In this document: positions 1 through 14,859 of the stretch, in pieces
How positions within the stretch are numbered: the first letter of the stretch is position 1
Layout: each line of letters begins with the position of its first letter
From: Rhina ancylostomus
Taxonomy: Eukaryota
Assembly: GCA_030265395.1 (NCBI GenBank)
Contig: JARFYF010000112.1
Coordinates: forward strand, 15,567,036 to 15,631,035
Length of the DNA stretch: 64,000 bases
Direction of reading: 5' to 3'
The notes under the pieces: generated by a model
Database searches by the model: none
Told to the model about the DNA's origin: nothing
What the model saw: the letters and a program-made list of their open reading frames with translations, nothing else
Position numbers and translations under genes: made by a program

Positions 1-544
1 ACTTGGATAGGTACATGGAGAGGCGGGGCTTAGAGGGATATGGGCCAAACGCAAAAAATTGGGACTAGGTGGGTCAGCATGGACTTGTTGGGCTGAAGAG
101 CCTGTAACTGTGCTGTGTTGTTCTGTGACTCTAATATATGCACGTGCTATGGCAAAAGTTCATATTGCTGCCTTCATGGCTTTGGATATAAATGTTTAGA
201 GAGACCTATAGGTATCACAGGAATCTACCAATGTCTACCTAAAGGGTACAAGGACTGGGAAGGCATTACCCTGGAGCAGTGACAGTGGCTTTACAGTTCA
301 CCAATTTACCACTTCACAAGATCACAAGATAAGGGAGCAGAAGTATGCCATTTGGCCCATCGAGTCTGCTCCAGGGAAAAGGGGAAAAAGAAATGAGAAA
401 GGAGAAGTGAGGAGGGAGGTCAAGGAAGAAAAAAATTAATTTTAACCCCAATTTCCAGCCTTATCCCCATATCCCTTGATACCTTAACTAATTAGATATC
501 TGTCTATCTCCTCTTTACANNNNNNNNNNTGTCCCAGTGATCTG

Positions 545-1260
545 GCCTCTTCCTCAAATCAAGCCATTTGCGATCACTGCCACTTTATCGGTGCACTTGC
601 TGTTGTTCATCAGGTAGCCAAGCAGGCTTCTGTCACTTATATCATGAGGTTACAAACCAAAGCTTTGATTTATAGGCCAAAGACTGCTTGCCACAGAGGC
701 TCTAATATCAACACCACAGCAGACTGCCACAAAAAGAAATTACTGTAGCTGCTGATTGGACACCAGGTGTTCACTAATATGATGCACTATTTATGGAACC
801 TGTTCCAATTGTGGTACATCTCCAAATTCATATGTTATCTCCTGAAAGTAAAGTCAATGTTCACCACTGGGAAGCCAGCATTATGATGAAACTGCATGCT
901 CACTCTGCCTACAGTTGTTTTAGTAATGAAATGAATCCAACTGTCTTGGTTCTGCATCCTCCCTTATGCAGAAGTTCACAGCTAGCTGGGGTACTCTGCA
1001 GACATTTTCAGTTCTGATCTGAAAGGAGCCTGATAACCACCCTGACATCAACAGCTTCTACCTGTGATCTTCTCATAGCTCTGCAGTTGCAACTGTGGAT
1101 AGAGCTTGTCACATATTTTAGAGATAATCACCTTGCTGAATCACAGGTGCCACATGCATTATTCAATGTTGAGAATGAAGTCTGAATTCCCCTCACAGAA
1201 AACCCTTCATAAACATGGGCTCCTCCTGTCAGTCCTCCACCTTCTTTCTCTGTATACATT
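545..1260 (-). mobile_element. Degenerate PIF/Harbinger transposase remnant
   Basis: Minus-strand fragments RVFCEGNSDFILNIE*CMWHL*FSKVIISKICDKLYPQLQLQS, GSFQIRTENVCRVPQLAVNFCIRE, AGFPVVNIDFT and EMYHNWNRFH occur in HARBI1-like transposase order; many stops. Confidence 0.7.
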
Positions 1261-3354
1261 CAGTCTGCTTGTACTCTGAGAAGAGTGCCTAATAAAAATG
1301 AGCACATTTGGAAGCAATTAGATATTGTAAANNNNNNNNNNNNNNNNNNNNNNNNNNNNNNNNNNNNNNNNNNNNNNNNNNNNNNNNNNNNNNNNNNNNN
1401 NNNNNNNNNNNNNNNNNNNNNNNNNNNNNNNCAATTAGATATTGTAAAAACCTTGGTCAACAAAAACTCCAGCAGATCCTGGAACATCACTCCCACACGC
1501 TGCAAACTCCAAACTCAAAGTACTTCATTTACATCAGTAACCAATCTGCATGGAACTATTGATTCCGTTAAGTAGCACAGATGCGGGGTCTTTCTTGCAC
1601 TTGATCCTATGTGTCCTAAATGCCTAATTTCAGTTGCAGGTCCAAACTAGCAGTACACTCTTTAAGTCTGTATTGCATGCTGATTAGCACCACAATCTGT
1701 ATACTCTGCATTTTGCAAGTGCAAGCACCCTCCCTAGATGTCAGCATGATTCATGATACCAACGAGCACATGCACATACACACTGTGTGTAAATTGAAGA
1801 CTTCGGCATCCAAATTAAAATCCAACAAAAGGCAATGCACTGCTGAACGTTGTGGCCAAGAGCCTCTGAATATCAGAAGTGCAATGGCAATAAAGGAAAA
1901 GGCAAAGTAGATAATAATTCAGTAATATAATGCTTAAGGAATACTGCCTTTTTTGTTACCTGATAATTGTCATTTTGAGCAATGTGATAGCTCTGTGGAA
2001 ATTATCTGACTGGGAAACTACATATGTCTGTAGTAACCAATTCTCATTGGTCCTTGGTATGCATGTGACTGTAAAAAGAAAGGAGATCACAGTGACAAAC
2101 TACATTACAATCAATTGATTTTTCTCAGCATCACAAAGCTACCTCTTCAAATTTGTGTTACTGGAATCATAAATAGAAAATAAAATGGGGCATAATCTTC
2201 TGATTTATTCTAAGATGCATTGTGAAGTGAGAACTGAAATTCCAAGGCTTCAGTCTCCTGCCTTTGTGTGCAGGGCACAAAACTGGAAGTGCAAATATAT
2301 ATCTCTGTCGGTAAGCCATGATTGAATTTAGGAATGCTAAGCAAAAGGCAGACTCTTTCTATTCAGGGTGAATAATGAAATAGAAATAAGAAATAGATAT
2401 TTAATATTAAAGACATAACATCACAGCAACAGTCCATACAACCAACACAGTGGAAATAATACTTAATAGAATTGAGTGGGAAGATAACATTTGCATAGAA
2501 TACCGTTAGAATTTATTCCAAAGATTCAATTACATCAACTATTGAAATGAAAGTTGAAGTTTTATGTATCTCATTTGAATTGCACAATTAAATTATTGAT
2601 TTCCTATTTACTATCACCTATGGCTACAACTATGCCACCAATTCTAAGTAAATGGAATTAAAAGGGGTATTTAAATAACTGAATAAAGATTATGTAACTA
2701 TTCCTCTATTAGCATTATAGGAATATATGATTACTTAATTCACTGGAACATATTTTTTAAATTTTACATTGTTAATGTTTATACATAAGGGAATTGGGAA
2801 AATAGCATACATTACATAATCAGGAAGGTGCAAGCTTGATAAATTATGTCATATGCTACTCAAGTACTAATTTTGTCCCATAAATGAAAAATGTAACTAT
2901 TCTAATGCCAATCAAATTAATAACAATTGGAGCATTTTTCCATCATGTTTGCCTCAAAGTTCATTGCAATCATGGGTGTGATGTGATATTCTGCAAAGGC
3001 TATTTCCAGGTAATGTTCAAATAGGTGTTACTGAAATCACAAATAGGAAACAAAATGGTGCATAATCTTCTAATTTATCCTAAACTGCATTCAGGAACAA
3101 GAAATGGAATTGCAACTGATGGTACAGAGTCTCCCTACCCATGCTTATTTGTTTATAATTGAAAGAAGGAGGATCTAAAAGACTGATTATAACCTACTGA
3201 AATTTCAACCTTTGTATCAAAGAGCAGCTATCTCAAGAACATTGAGCGTGAGTTTATATTTTATAATTGGAGGCTTTTTAGACCTCAAGGTGATTACGCT
3301 TGATTTGTTGTCAAATTGGCTTCTTATTTTCTCCCTTTTTGAAAAAGGATTAGA

Positions 3355-3590
3355 AGCATAAAACCAGATGGCACAGAAATGGGTACTTTCGGCCCACTTC
3401 ATCCATGCCAATCTTGCTAATCCCATCTGCCTGCAGTAGGCCCATATTCCTCTACACCTCTGCTATTCAAGTACCTGTCCAAATGTCTTTTAAACATTGT
3501 GATTATACCTGCCTCTTCTACCTCCCCTGGCAGCTCATTCCAGATAACCACCACCTTCTATGTGAAAAATTTACCACTCCGATCTCTCTT
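3355..3590 (-). mobile_element. CR1-type LINE 3' fragment
   Basis: Typical elasmobranch CR1 tail (…ggcagctcattccagataaccaccacc…gtgaaaaa). Confidence 0.65.
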
Positions 3591-4199
3591 CCTACCACCC
3601 AGTCAATTTTCGATTTGGGTTAGTAGGATATTTTTGATGTGACTCAAGACATTACATCCACCGTGTTTCCCAGGTATTATAGTTTTGCCATCAGATGGGC
3701 ATAATAAAACTGTAAAAAAAGTATAGAAATATATGTGCTGATGCAAGATAAGGAATACAATGTAAAGTTATAGACATCATACAGGAGTTTAGCTTCTCTT
3801 GTGTCTTTATGTCAAAAATTTTAGTTGCATATATTGACCTCAGCCAAATTATTGAGTGATTCTCTTGTCAAAGTGCTTAAGATTACATATAATTTGTATT
3901 GTCTAACTATCCTCCACTCATTGCATTTTGCTAGAGAAACCAGTCTGCTCTTATCACTGTGGTAATTTCTGTCATGCGTTCTAAATGCTGCAGACCATTT
4001 GCTGTTGTGCACCATTGAAATAGATTCTGCTCCAAGACAGATTGTTCTATAAGTATCTCCTATAAGTTCCATCCTAACTCCAACTCATTTGCTGACATAA
4101 TGCTCATTTGTTCGCACTCTGGTGCCAAAATATTGACAGTTCTGGTGATGAGATATCACAGAGCATTTTTGCAACACCAACACTGAGTGTGACATTGCG

Positions 4200-4570
4200 G
4201 GGTATGGTGACATAATGGTTGAATTACTGAACTTACAGTCAATGATCTTGCTTGTTGATGCACCAACATTAGCTTGGCTATCACCATGGTAGCTGGGGAA
4301 TTCAAATTAAAGTAAATAAAATAATTTTAAAAGTCTTGAATGGAAATAAATTTAGTCTCCCATAATGGTAACTATGAAAACACCAGATTTGTTAAAACCC
4401 ATCTAGTTCAAGATAGGAAAATATGACCCTCACCCAATCCAGCCAATATGCAACTCCAACCTAACCAATTTAGTTGATTGTTAACTGCTGCATCCATTTG
4501 TTAGAGATTAGGGATGGATAATAAATGCAGCCATTGCCAATGGTATCCACATACTGTGAATGAATGAACA
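4200..4570 (+). mobile_element. tRNA-derived SINE; related copy at about 27070-27400
   Basis: Blocks shared with 27070-27400 (taatggt-a…tga, ccatctagttca/cctgattca, ttgattgttaact/ttaattcttaatt, tgaatgaat tail). Confidence 0.55.
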
Positions 4571-5169
4571 AACAAATCTTACATAAATAAATAGATAACT
4601 GGGAAACCACAATATAAATAAATGTATAATACCATAATATCTTACCATCCTACACATCTTATCAGTGCTATCCCATGGATATGCTTGGCACATTTTATTC
4701 CACCTAATATTTTTGGTTAGTCTTTGAAACCAACTATATCACCCCATGAGACTTACATGATTATTCAGTTATGTCATTTATGATTTTCAATTAAATAGTT
4801 GAATTTTTTGGTACAAATGAAAATTTCATAGGACAGCAGTTTCACCAACACATCTAATGCACCATCACATTAGAGTTTACTATTCAAATGCGCCATGAAC
4901 TTGATGCGAGTTTCTGATAAAGCATTTGGTCTCTGAAAAAATAAGATCAGTTCATTTAATGTTAAGTACATGCTAGACTCTTTAGAACTTATTTCAGGTT
5001 TCACTTAACAGGAATACAATGTCATCACATTAAAGAGTTTTCCAAGATACTTTATCATCTTTAAAAACCAGGAGGTTATAATGATGAACTAAGCATTTTT
5101 CTTATTCAACCTGCATTTTTCTTTATATATCCTTTAACAGTAAAGCCAAATTACAATTCTGTAAATGTG

Positions 5170-6290
5170 GGTTCTGGAAATCTGAAACAAAAACAGAAAA
5201 TGCTAGACAATTCAGCAGGCCAAGCAACATCAGAGAGGAAAGAAACAGAATTAATGTCTCAGCTCAAGGGCCCCTCATCAGAAGAAAAAAAGTGACAAAA
5301 CAAGTGTGTGAAGTTGTAGGGAGGGTAAGGCATGGGGTAATGAGATAACGTGTGTAATAGAGTGCAGACCAACGTTTCAAGGGAACAATAACTCCAAAAC
5401 ACAGCAATGAAGACAAAAAAAAAGAAACAAATTCAACCAGAATGGTATAACCACCTCCATGGNNNNGAGGATCAGCCATGATCTCAAAATGGCGGTGCAG
5501 ACTCGAAGGGCCGAATGGTCTACTTCTGCTCCTATTGTCTAAATGTAGCAAGTCAAAAGGGAAAGAGAGGTCAGGGTTGGAATGCCTTCTCAAGATAGGA
5601 TTAAGGAACAGTACATCACCTTTGATAAAACACATTATAGCTTTCAGGGCTCAACGCCACTTTAAATACTTTCAGATAAACATAGAATCATAGGAAAACA
5701 CAGCCCAGAATGGGCCCTTAGACATCACAGTCAGCAAGGACAAGGTGAGCCCTATCTTTGCTAATCTCACATTAGCCACCCACGCTCACCCCCTCCCCCC
5801 CTCTCCTTTTCAAGTACCTGTCTAAATGCCTTTCAAGTGTTGTAATAGTATCTGCCTCCACTACTTCCTCTGGCAGTTTGTTCTAAATATACACCACCAA
5901 TTATGTGAAAAACCTACCCCTCAGATCTCCCTTTAAATTTCTCCCCTCACCTTAAACCTATGCCCTCTATTTCCGGTCTCCCTTGCCCTGAGAAAAAAGT
6001 TCTATCTATTCTATCCATGCCCCTTATAATTTCATAATCTATAGTCATCCATCAACCTTCTATGTTCCAGATTTCTTCCAGTCCATTTTGTCTTGCAGCA
6101 TTATTTTTATAATCTCTTCTACATACTGTTTGAAAATGAACCTTTGTTTATTCTGTCTGGCCCTTTTAATACAGTATTTCTTTTGTTTAAAACTGATTTC
6201 AGTCTTGATGAAACATCACTGACTTACAATGTTAACTCTATTTTTCTTTCCAGAGATGCTACTTGATCTGCTGATACCTTGTTTTATATT
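5170..6290. mobile_element. Penelope-derived element with inverted termini, with CR1 tails nested inside
   Basis: 5170-5285 and 6195-6290 are decayed inverted copies of the hammerhead-bearing terminal repeat; CR1 fragments at about 5465-5545 (+) and 5685-6075 (-). Confidence 0.5.
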
Positions 6291-9200
6291 AACATCAATA
6301 TTTTTCTTTGAAAATGTATTCACTAAATAGTGAAGTTGTGAATTCCTGAAAATGGATTTCTGGTGGCTGACACATTTTTCCAACTTGCTGATGGCAGAGT
6401 CAGGTTTCCATTAAGTTCAAGATCCTTAAAGTACTGCAATACTCGATATTCTGCAGAAAATCTCATATATCTTGCAAGATAGGCAGGACTCAGGTAGTAA
6501 TGGATTCAACAATTCAATAACATGCATGTACAATGATTCTTTTTTGTACAAAATCTGTGCATTTTGTATTTGAATATTTTTAACAGCTGCAAGAGTTATT
6601 CAAATCCAATCTTTTCAAATAAGCTTATTTGCTATATTGCATTATATGGGCAAAGCTGAAAAAAGGCCCTTAACATTAAATAAACAACACAAGTAAATAT
6701 ACCAGATTGTCAAAAATGAGAAATGTTTACTGTTCCAGTGATAACTCTTTCTTACCCATAACTAAAATAGGACTCATTTGAATCTCCAAATAATCCATTT
6801 GGATGAACACACTTGGTTAAGGAATACCTTATGTTCAAATAATATTGGTTTAACTGCAGTTAAAATTACTCACCATCAGCACTTCAATTTTTACACCAGC
6901 CTCTCTCACCTGAAAACTGTAAAACCAAATTGTTTGAGTGCTGTGACCTGCATTGACCAACTATCATGGGTGCAATATGGCTGATAAAATACAAGTACAA
7001 GGCAAGGGAGCATTCTGAAAAACACACCATCTCTGAGAGATAAAGCTTTTTGACACTTTGGCAGAAAACAGNNNNNNNNNNNNNNNNNNNNNNNNNNNNN
7101 NNNNNNNNNNNNNNNNNNNNNNNNNNNNNNNNNNNNNNNNNNNNNNNNNNNNNNNNNNNNNNNNNNNNNNNCGGTACTTCTTACTGTCTTTTGAAGATGA
7201 GCTTCAGTTACATAACCTCCACTTCATTCTATTGCAATCAAATGAGAAAAATGTACAGAAAATAGTTGGAAACGCAATTCAGTTATTTTTTACTAATGGG
7301 TTAAATTGAGATTTTTCACGAATGGTAATGGCTATTTGGGAGAGTTCATTCAGCAGGTCTTCCTGATTTGGAAGTAGGGAATCATTTAAGTTTAATTTAT
7401 TTTTATTACTTTAATCGGAGGGGGCAAGGGTTTTGAGGCCTGAAAAAGTCTTTCATGTATATTTTCAAAGAAAGCTTGAATGATAAGGAAGAAATATTAA
7501 CACAATTTTATTTGTCAGCATCAGCAAGAATGAGATATCTGAGGGGAGATTAAAACAGCCTCAAACTTGATGCCACACTCACCCACAAATCTGGATTTTT
7601 CAGAGAATGTGAGGATCCCTATCACACCCACAGCTATATTTACTTCAAGTACAACGACAAAAGTAAGACTATAATACTTTTTTTAATGTGTAGTGCATAT
7701 TAAGTGCCTGGTGTTAATCTTGTGGTGACCGTAAGCACCAAGGGGCAACTAATAAAATAAAAGGTAAGCTTTTGTAAATGTTTCTTTATGGATCAGGAAG
7801 AGCAAGTGTGGCCTTCTGGGCCTCCCATGTCCCAATATTCCCTCATATACATGACTGTTCTCAGATCATCAACATCACCTACCCCCAGTGGAATTGCTAC
7901 TAACAGAGAATCCCACATTTGGTAAATACCTGATCCACTCACTTGCTCCTGTTTGCATCATGGGATTAATGTCAATCTTAGACTGAAATTAGACAATCTG
8001 ATTAAACAAGGCCAGTAGTTAAAATGCCCCTCACCATTTGTCAGTGCCTGTGCAAGTCTAAAGCTTGCTATCCTTTCTCTACATTTAGCTTTGGTTAAAA
8101 ATGGGGACATTATTTTTCTTTTCCCTGCTTGGTCTCCTGCTTAGAAATTTAAAAAACATATTTGTTGATGTCACTTGTGATAATTTTTCTTCATAATTGT
8201 GTGGTTACTGACTGAATTTCTGATGTAGTGGGTCTAATCTTTTAAATTGAACTGCTGTGGAGACATTAGGATTGCTGGAGGGTAAGGTAGTATGAATATA
8301 TTGATTTAAAAGGGATATTTTCAGCTAACAGGTAAGGGGCCTTGCAAGATATTTTTATTGACAGCAGAATGGAACAGATTTTTAACCCTCACTGGTTTCA
8401 ATAATCAGTCAAAACTAAAGATCAAATCTCACTTTCTGTAACCATTTGCCATTTATATTAATGTGGATGCCCTTCGTTATGATCAATGGTTGTTGAAAGG
8501 ATCAATTTTCCTTTAATATTTCACAGCTCGTAGGAATGCCTAATAACGAGAACATGAATTGGTTGACCTTCCTTGCACATAAAAGCAGCCTCAGATACTT
8601 TTCCTTTAGTGCATGAGCCTTTAGCTCTGGTGATGATATACCATTATAAACTGGAATGGCACTTGATGAACTTCAATGCAAGTAAACTTTAACGCCCCAA
8701 CTTCCCAGCAAGAATGAACCACCTTGATATATCTATTTAGATTTGACAATGGCTTGTTTCCACAGCAAGAGGATGCACAAGCATCGTGAGATGTATGACA
8801 ACTTCATGAAACCTTGCATTATAAAAGTGAAAAAAAATCAGTGACAAGATAAGATTGGTGGAAATAGATTATGAAAACATGGCAAAAATTATAAAAAAAA
8901 GACTATGAAGTACTTGCAGGATGTTAGAAAGAAGTAAAAGAACTGTTTCAGAAACCCAGGATTCACACATGATGAGCAATTAAATATAATCACAGTGCAA
9001 AATTACTAAGAACAGTTGGAGAATTGGAAGCAGAATTGTTCACTGGTTTGCTATTCCAATAACCCCACCTCATGCCCTTAAGGGAGAATTATTTATGTAA
9101 ATGAGGTAGGCATCCATAGGCATAGCAGGATTTATATCCATATGAGCAGGCTGAAATAGTGTTGCTTCACAAAGGTACACTTGAGGCTGAGAGAGAAAGA

Positions 9201-10449
9201 GAGTTGTAAGAAATGAAATAAATCCCTAGCAGAGGAGGAACCTTGAAATATTCAATCATGTTGTAGTAGCTTAACAACATCTGCACTAAGACTCCAGGGT
9301 GATAGGTCCAAGGTCTGAAAAGAAGTGGCCGAATTATTCCTTAGAAACAGTCTGTAAGAACTGTAATTAGATGACTGCCAGATCAAATACCATTTCTTGA
9401 ATCACAATAGAATCAAGTTCCCCTATGGACAATCTTTTTCTAGTTTCTTAATAGAGTATCAGGGTGGATCACTCCAAGGGAAATAAGAGGCGGGGAAGGA
9501 GCAGGGGAAAGGAAAATATAAGGGTGAGGTTAAGAGGAAGAGAGTACAGAAAAATAATTGTGGTCTACCAGAGGACTAATCAAGCAATCTAGAAGGATAG
9601 AACTGACAGTAGTTTAGAGGTATCTGTAGTTCAAATTGCACTACCCTTGTGGCTGAAAGAGTAAGTGCTGGAGGATTAAAACCAGATATGGAGATGAAAG
9701 GACAGGGAAAGGACTATTACTTTCCTTTAGTTACTGCAACTTTTCTTCAGTTAAATAGAAATCCTCTATATTCAAGAGGTAAAGCAACTAATCCAACTGG
9801 AAAAATCACTAAAATTATAACTCTATCATGTGACCCTGCTTGCATTATACAGGAGCACCCTCAGGTGGTCATCTTCAGTTTTTTTAAAATACTTTTCTTG
9901 TCAATTTTCTCCCTGTCCAGTCCTCCAAATGTATTGCCTGTTTGTGGGCTGTGTGCTCAAAACCAAAGTAACTTAAAACAATTCTGTTGTAACACTTTCC
10001 TTTTGGCCCTCTACCACCTCTGGGCTTTTTTTCTTTTATTTCAAATATACTTTATCCATAAAAGAATATAACATATATAAATACAGAATATTCAAGTCAA
10101 CATTTCCATGACAAGTAATGTTATTCCATTACTTAACATTAGCAGTTCATCAGTTATCATCCATTTACAAACTTAAAGTAAATAGATCAGGGTTTTTTCC
10201 CCACAAATTTTAACTTTTGACAGGAAGGTCCTAAACTGTGGCCCTTCCCCATAGAGCCACTACATTTTTTTAAACAGTAATATTGTTTATTTAATCACAA
10301 CAACTAAATTAAAAGTCCAATGTGGTTACTTTCTTAATTATGTATGCCACTATTTCTGCTACTAATGTTACTTTAGTAGGTACTTCTCAAATACCTATAT
10401 AAAATGGGTTGCAGTTTTTCATCGATCATCTTACATATGCTCATACAAA

Positions 10450-12150
10450 TTAGGATCACAAGCAGGTAACTCACCCTCTTTATTGGATGGCGGAGCAGGC
10501 TCACTATAACCTCATCCCTGCATTCCCACCACCTCTTTTAATGAAGCATACATTTCTACTCAATTTTCCTCACAATAAACAAAAGCCTTCTGTTAGCTCT
10601 CCCTATTACTTCCAATGCTAGTCTTTTGCAAATCATTCACTAGGACACCCAGATCATTGTCTACTCACATAACCTATCAGTCTCCTTTGTGCTCTTCATA
10701 ACTTACTTCTTCAAAGGCATGATGGAGTTCACTTTTTTTTATATACCTGGTTCACACTTAATGGCTTCTGTTTCCATTCTTGTTTTTGATAAGATATTGA
10801 CCAAACCTCAAATCCACACACACATCTCTTTCCTTAATGAATGCCTTTAGAAGAATTGGATATCCATATTATATCTAGGACACCTCTGACACTATTTGCC
10901 ATTATGATAGGTCCGGTTCCTGGTTGCTACCAACATGGATATCCGATTCCTCTACCCCTCCAAACCACAGCATAACAGCATGAAGAGCCTTTGCACCTTC
11001 TTTGAGTTTATGCCCAACCAGTACCTCACCATTGCTATGGAAACCTGCAGTGTACAAATTATCTCTATCCTTTTGTGATTCGAATCCATATTGCCGCAGC
11101 TTCCTATTCTTTTAAAGAATTCAAAAGATTCATCATATTTGCTACCAGTGCCCTGCTTTAATTTTCACATAGTCCATTTCTGCCTCTTCCTTTTCATTTC
11201 TTGACGTCTCCATCTCAATCAGAGGAGATAGGATAGCAACCAAAATTTCACTACAAGCCCACAGACTAATATAATAATCTTGACAATATCGTGTCCCAAC
11301 CTGCTTCCATTTTCACAGATTTTCCAGCTCCATTTTATCTAAGCTGATAATGACATTTTTCATACTGCCTTCCAAAATGTCTTCATTTTTTCTCAACTAT
11401 TGTTTCCCTTCTGCTATAGCTGACAAGTCTTCCAACCGCATCTGAACTATTTTACACACTTTTGGTCTCACACCCTCTTCTCCCACCCAGAGCAAGGATA
11501 GGGTTCTCCTTGCTTTCACCATCCAACCCTACTGGCCTCCATATTCAATGATTATCTCAGTAACTTCTGTCAACTTCAATGTGATGCACCACCTCACTCA
11601 TCATCCCCTCCTCTTCTCTTTCAGTACTTCAGAGGAACAATTCCCTACTTCACTCTTGCACCTCCATCAATATCCTCCTCACGGCACCTTCCCACACAAA
11701 TACAGAGGATGCAATGTTTTCCCTTTTACATATTTACTTCCCACTGTTCAGGGACCTAAACAGGTGAAGCAGCAATTGACTTGTATTTCTTTCAATTTTG
11801 TATACTGCATTCAGAGCTCACCATGTGGATTCCTCTGCACTGGAGAAACGAAATGCAGATTGGGTGCACTATTCAGAGCACCTCTGTTCAGTCTCCAAAA
11901 ATGACTCTGGGCTTTCAGATGCCTGTCACTTTAATTCTCCATCCCACTCCCTTTCTGACTTCTCTGTTTTTGGCCTCTTAACCTGTTCCAGTGAAGCCTA
12001 ACATAAGTTCAAGAAACATCTTGAACTTATCTCATCTTCCGATTAGGCATGTTACACTTCTCAGGACCCAACAATGAATTCTTCAATTGCACATAATCAG
12101 ACTTTCTAGTTTGTAAGAGAACTGGCCAATTTTGATGAAAGGTCATCAGT
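10450..12150 (+). mobile_element. Penelope-like element (RT plus GIY-YIG endonuclease), degenerate
   Basis: RT-like MDIRFLYPSKP and FLDVSISIRGDRI…YKPTD; GIY-YIG-like TVQGPKQVKQQLTCISFNFVYCIQSSPCGFLCTGETKCRLG (ORF 11548-11904); decayed hammerhead at about 12130. Confidence 0.85.
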
Positions 12151-14149
12151 CTGTCTGTTCGGGTCCCTCTAAGCACCTCTGGAGATTTCTCCCACTTGTC
12201 ATCATTGTAGCATCCATTTTTAAGCTACAGCATTCTCCAGTAGTTTGAAAAGTCCCTCTTGTATAGTGTATATGCCCCAATAAGGCCTGGTTTCCAAGAT
12301 CACAGCTTACCAGACTAACTGACCACAGCTGTGGGATCTTGCAATAGTGTTGTTATGTTATTGCATTTCATTTTTAAGACACTCTTTATAGTGGGAATAA
12401 AGAAAAGCAGCCAAGTGTAGTGATTCATTGCTGAGCATGATATATAATTAATCATAAATTTTTAAAAAAACAAATCAGATTTTACAGCATTGGAACTGAC
12501 AGCAAGGAGTTACACAGAGAAACCTAACAATGCTCTTCTGGAGACCTCTCAATTGAAGATTGCTATGTTTATGAGATATTTGAAACAGCATTACAGTAAC
12601 ACACAATGTTGTTTTATTGCTATTAAAATGTTTTAATACCATAAATTATACATTTCTAAACTAGTAAAAACATTTAATTTACTTGAGAAATAAACACAAG
12701 AAAGGAAGAAGAGGAAAATGTGGAAATGGGGTAGAATAGAAACCTGAATAATAATATTTAGTGGCTGTATAAAAAAAACATTAGATTAGCCCTTTATTAT
12801 TCAACATTGCTTTAGAACCCTTGGCTATTGCACTTCAGGACTCTTCCAATATATGTGGTATTACNNNNNNNNNNNNNNNNNNNNNNNNNNNNNNNNNNNN
12901 NNNNNNNNNNNNNNNNNNNNNNNNNNNNNNNNNNNNNNNNNNNNNNNNNNNNNNNNNNNNNNNNGTAGCACATGTACAAATTTTGATGCCATATACCAAT
13001 TTGTATTGATTTGAAAACTAATAAAAAGATTGAAAAAGAAAAAAAAACATTAGACTATGATAATAATTGAGATGAGGAGGCAATTAGAAATCTGAAACTA
13101 TTTATAATTGAGGAGAGCTGATTATTGGAAACTAGAAACTGTACCTGTAATCAGAGAAATAGAAACAAAACTATAATAGATCCTAAAGAATAAATTATAA
13201 TGCAAGTTAACTTATATGGTTTCCTACATTGTAGTATGGCATGATTTTGCCATTGTTTCAAATTATCCAATTCCTCTCAATAAAGGTTTTCCAAAGTTAA
13301 ATTTCTAACTTATTTGCTTATTTTAACAGTGTGACGTACTTGCCACAAAATGAAAACATCTTCGTTGCTTAGCACTTATTTACCTGAAAATCACGAAAGA
13401 CGTGTGTATTCAATAGTTCTGACTTAGTGAGGAGAACATTAAGTTGTTAACTTCTGTACTGCAAAATTATATGCAGCCAACCTGCAGCAAAGGCATTGGC
13501 CATGATATGGTTAAGTCTATGGAAGTGTGAAAAGCAAGGAAGGACTTTGCAGGATGATGCTAAACCGATCGTTAGGCAAACTCCTTCAAATGCCATGTGA
13601 TGTGTGACCCTCTCTGATGGGGACTAATAGAAACATAGTCATAGGATGTTCAAGGAGATAAGCATAATGGCAGACATGATCTACTTGAAGACTGTGATAC
13701 TACAGAATTGTGATACAATGTGAAACCCGTAAATCAAAAATGTACATGATGCAATGAAAGTGGCAAGATTATGCAAATGTTCACTGTAAGGAGTAAAGAT
13801 GGAACATCTTGTACTCCGAGAGAACAGAACTGTATGGAAAACAGAAAATGCTGGAAATACTCAACAAGTCAGGCTATTTCAACAGAGAGAAACAGAATTG
13901 ACATTTTAAGTCATTAACTCTTCCCAGAGCTGGAAAAATATAAAGATACAAGCTTGGAATTTTAATTGCATTGTTGCATGCAATTTGCCCTCACGTGCGA
14001 ACCAGACAGAGCCTGCATGAGTGACAGCAATACCTATTCAATGTTTAGCTGGGGTTACTCCTGTGAAATTGACTCACACATATGTAATAAACACACCATG
14101 TGCATCGCACACAGGAATGCAGGTCCCAACAGCAGAGATAATTAAATGG

Positions 14150-14560
14150 AGGTTTGTTAGAGACAGAATTATACATTAGCATACTTCATTAGAGAAGGTA
14201 GAAGATTGCAGTAGAAGGTCGCCTCTAGAATCATGGTGAGCCCTGAGCTCATGTGTGATTATCTTTGACCTTAGCTGCAGTCCTACTAGGCAATTATTAT
14301 GGTATTACTGTGCACTAAAGCAATTTTACTACATCTTTCCTATTTCTGTTTCCAGATGCGGAAGGCACTGTATTCATCATTGTACTCCAGCAATGGTATC
14401 CTAAAGTGTTTCAGAACTCACATGATCAAGATCATTCTGTCCGTAACTCCACCATCCTCACTTCCTACAGCTTCACTTCAACAGCCAAAGTGGATATTGG
14501 GTACTGCAGAGTATGTCCTAAAGATGTTTGGTATCTCTGCATTTCATTTATTTTTTACTT
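14150..14560 (+). mobile_element. Possible second Harbinger transposase remnant
   Basis: ELMCDYL*P*LQS, NSHD…RNSTIL and KWILGTAEYVLK resemble the SHD…ILRxS and WLLGDxGY motifs; heavily decayed. Confidence 0.35.
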
Positions 14561-14859
14561 ACCAATTTCTACCCTTCTATAGTATTTCTGAAAACATGGA
14601 GAAATATTTTGAAAATTATTGAATCCTTCTGAAATGTGCAAGAAATTTTTCACCTTTGTGCAACTACTTGAATGTAGGCTTCTGCCCTATGTTACATGCT
14701 ACCCAGGTGTTCTGAGGTGCAACTGAAGCATTAAGAACTGAGGATTCCATGCAGTACATCTTGGGCACTACTGTTAGTTAAGAGTGTGCTGCCTTCAAGG
14801 ATGTTCTGCTAACAGCTCTCTCTCTTATTTACCTTTTTCATATTTGCTTACGACATAGA

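Noticed and set aside
8480-8830. Non-repeat, exon-like stretch (also 3820-4180)
   Set aside because: The frames I tried contain stops and I found no consistent splice pair; a conserved noncoding element cannot be assessed without alignment.
9649-10071. 140-aa ORF
   Set aside because: No ATG start, no motif, and it ends in the reversed tail of an L1/Tx1-like repeat.
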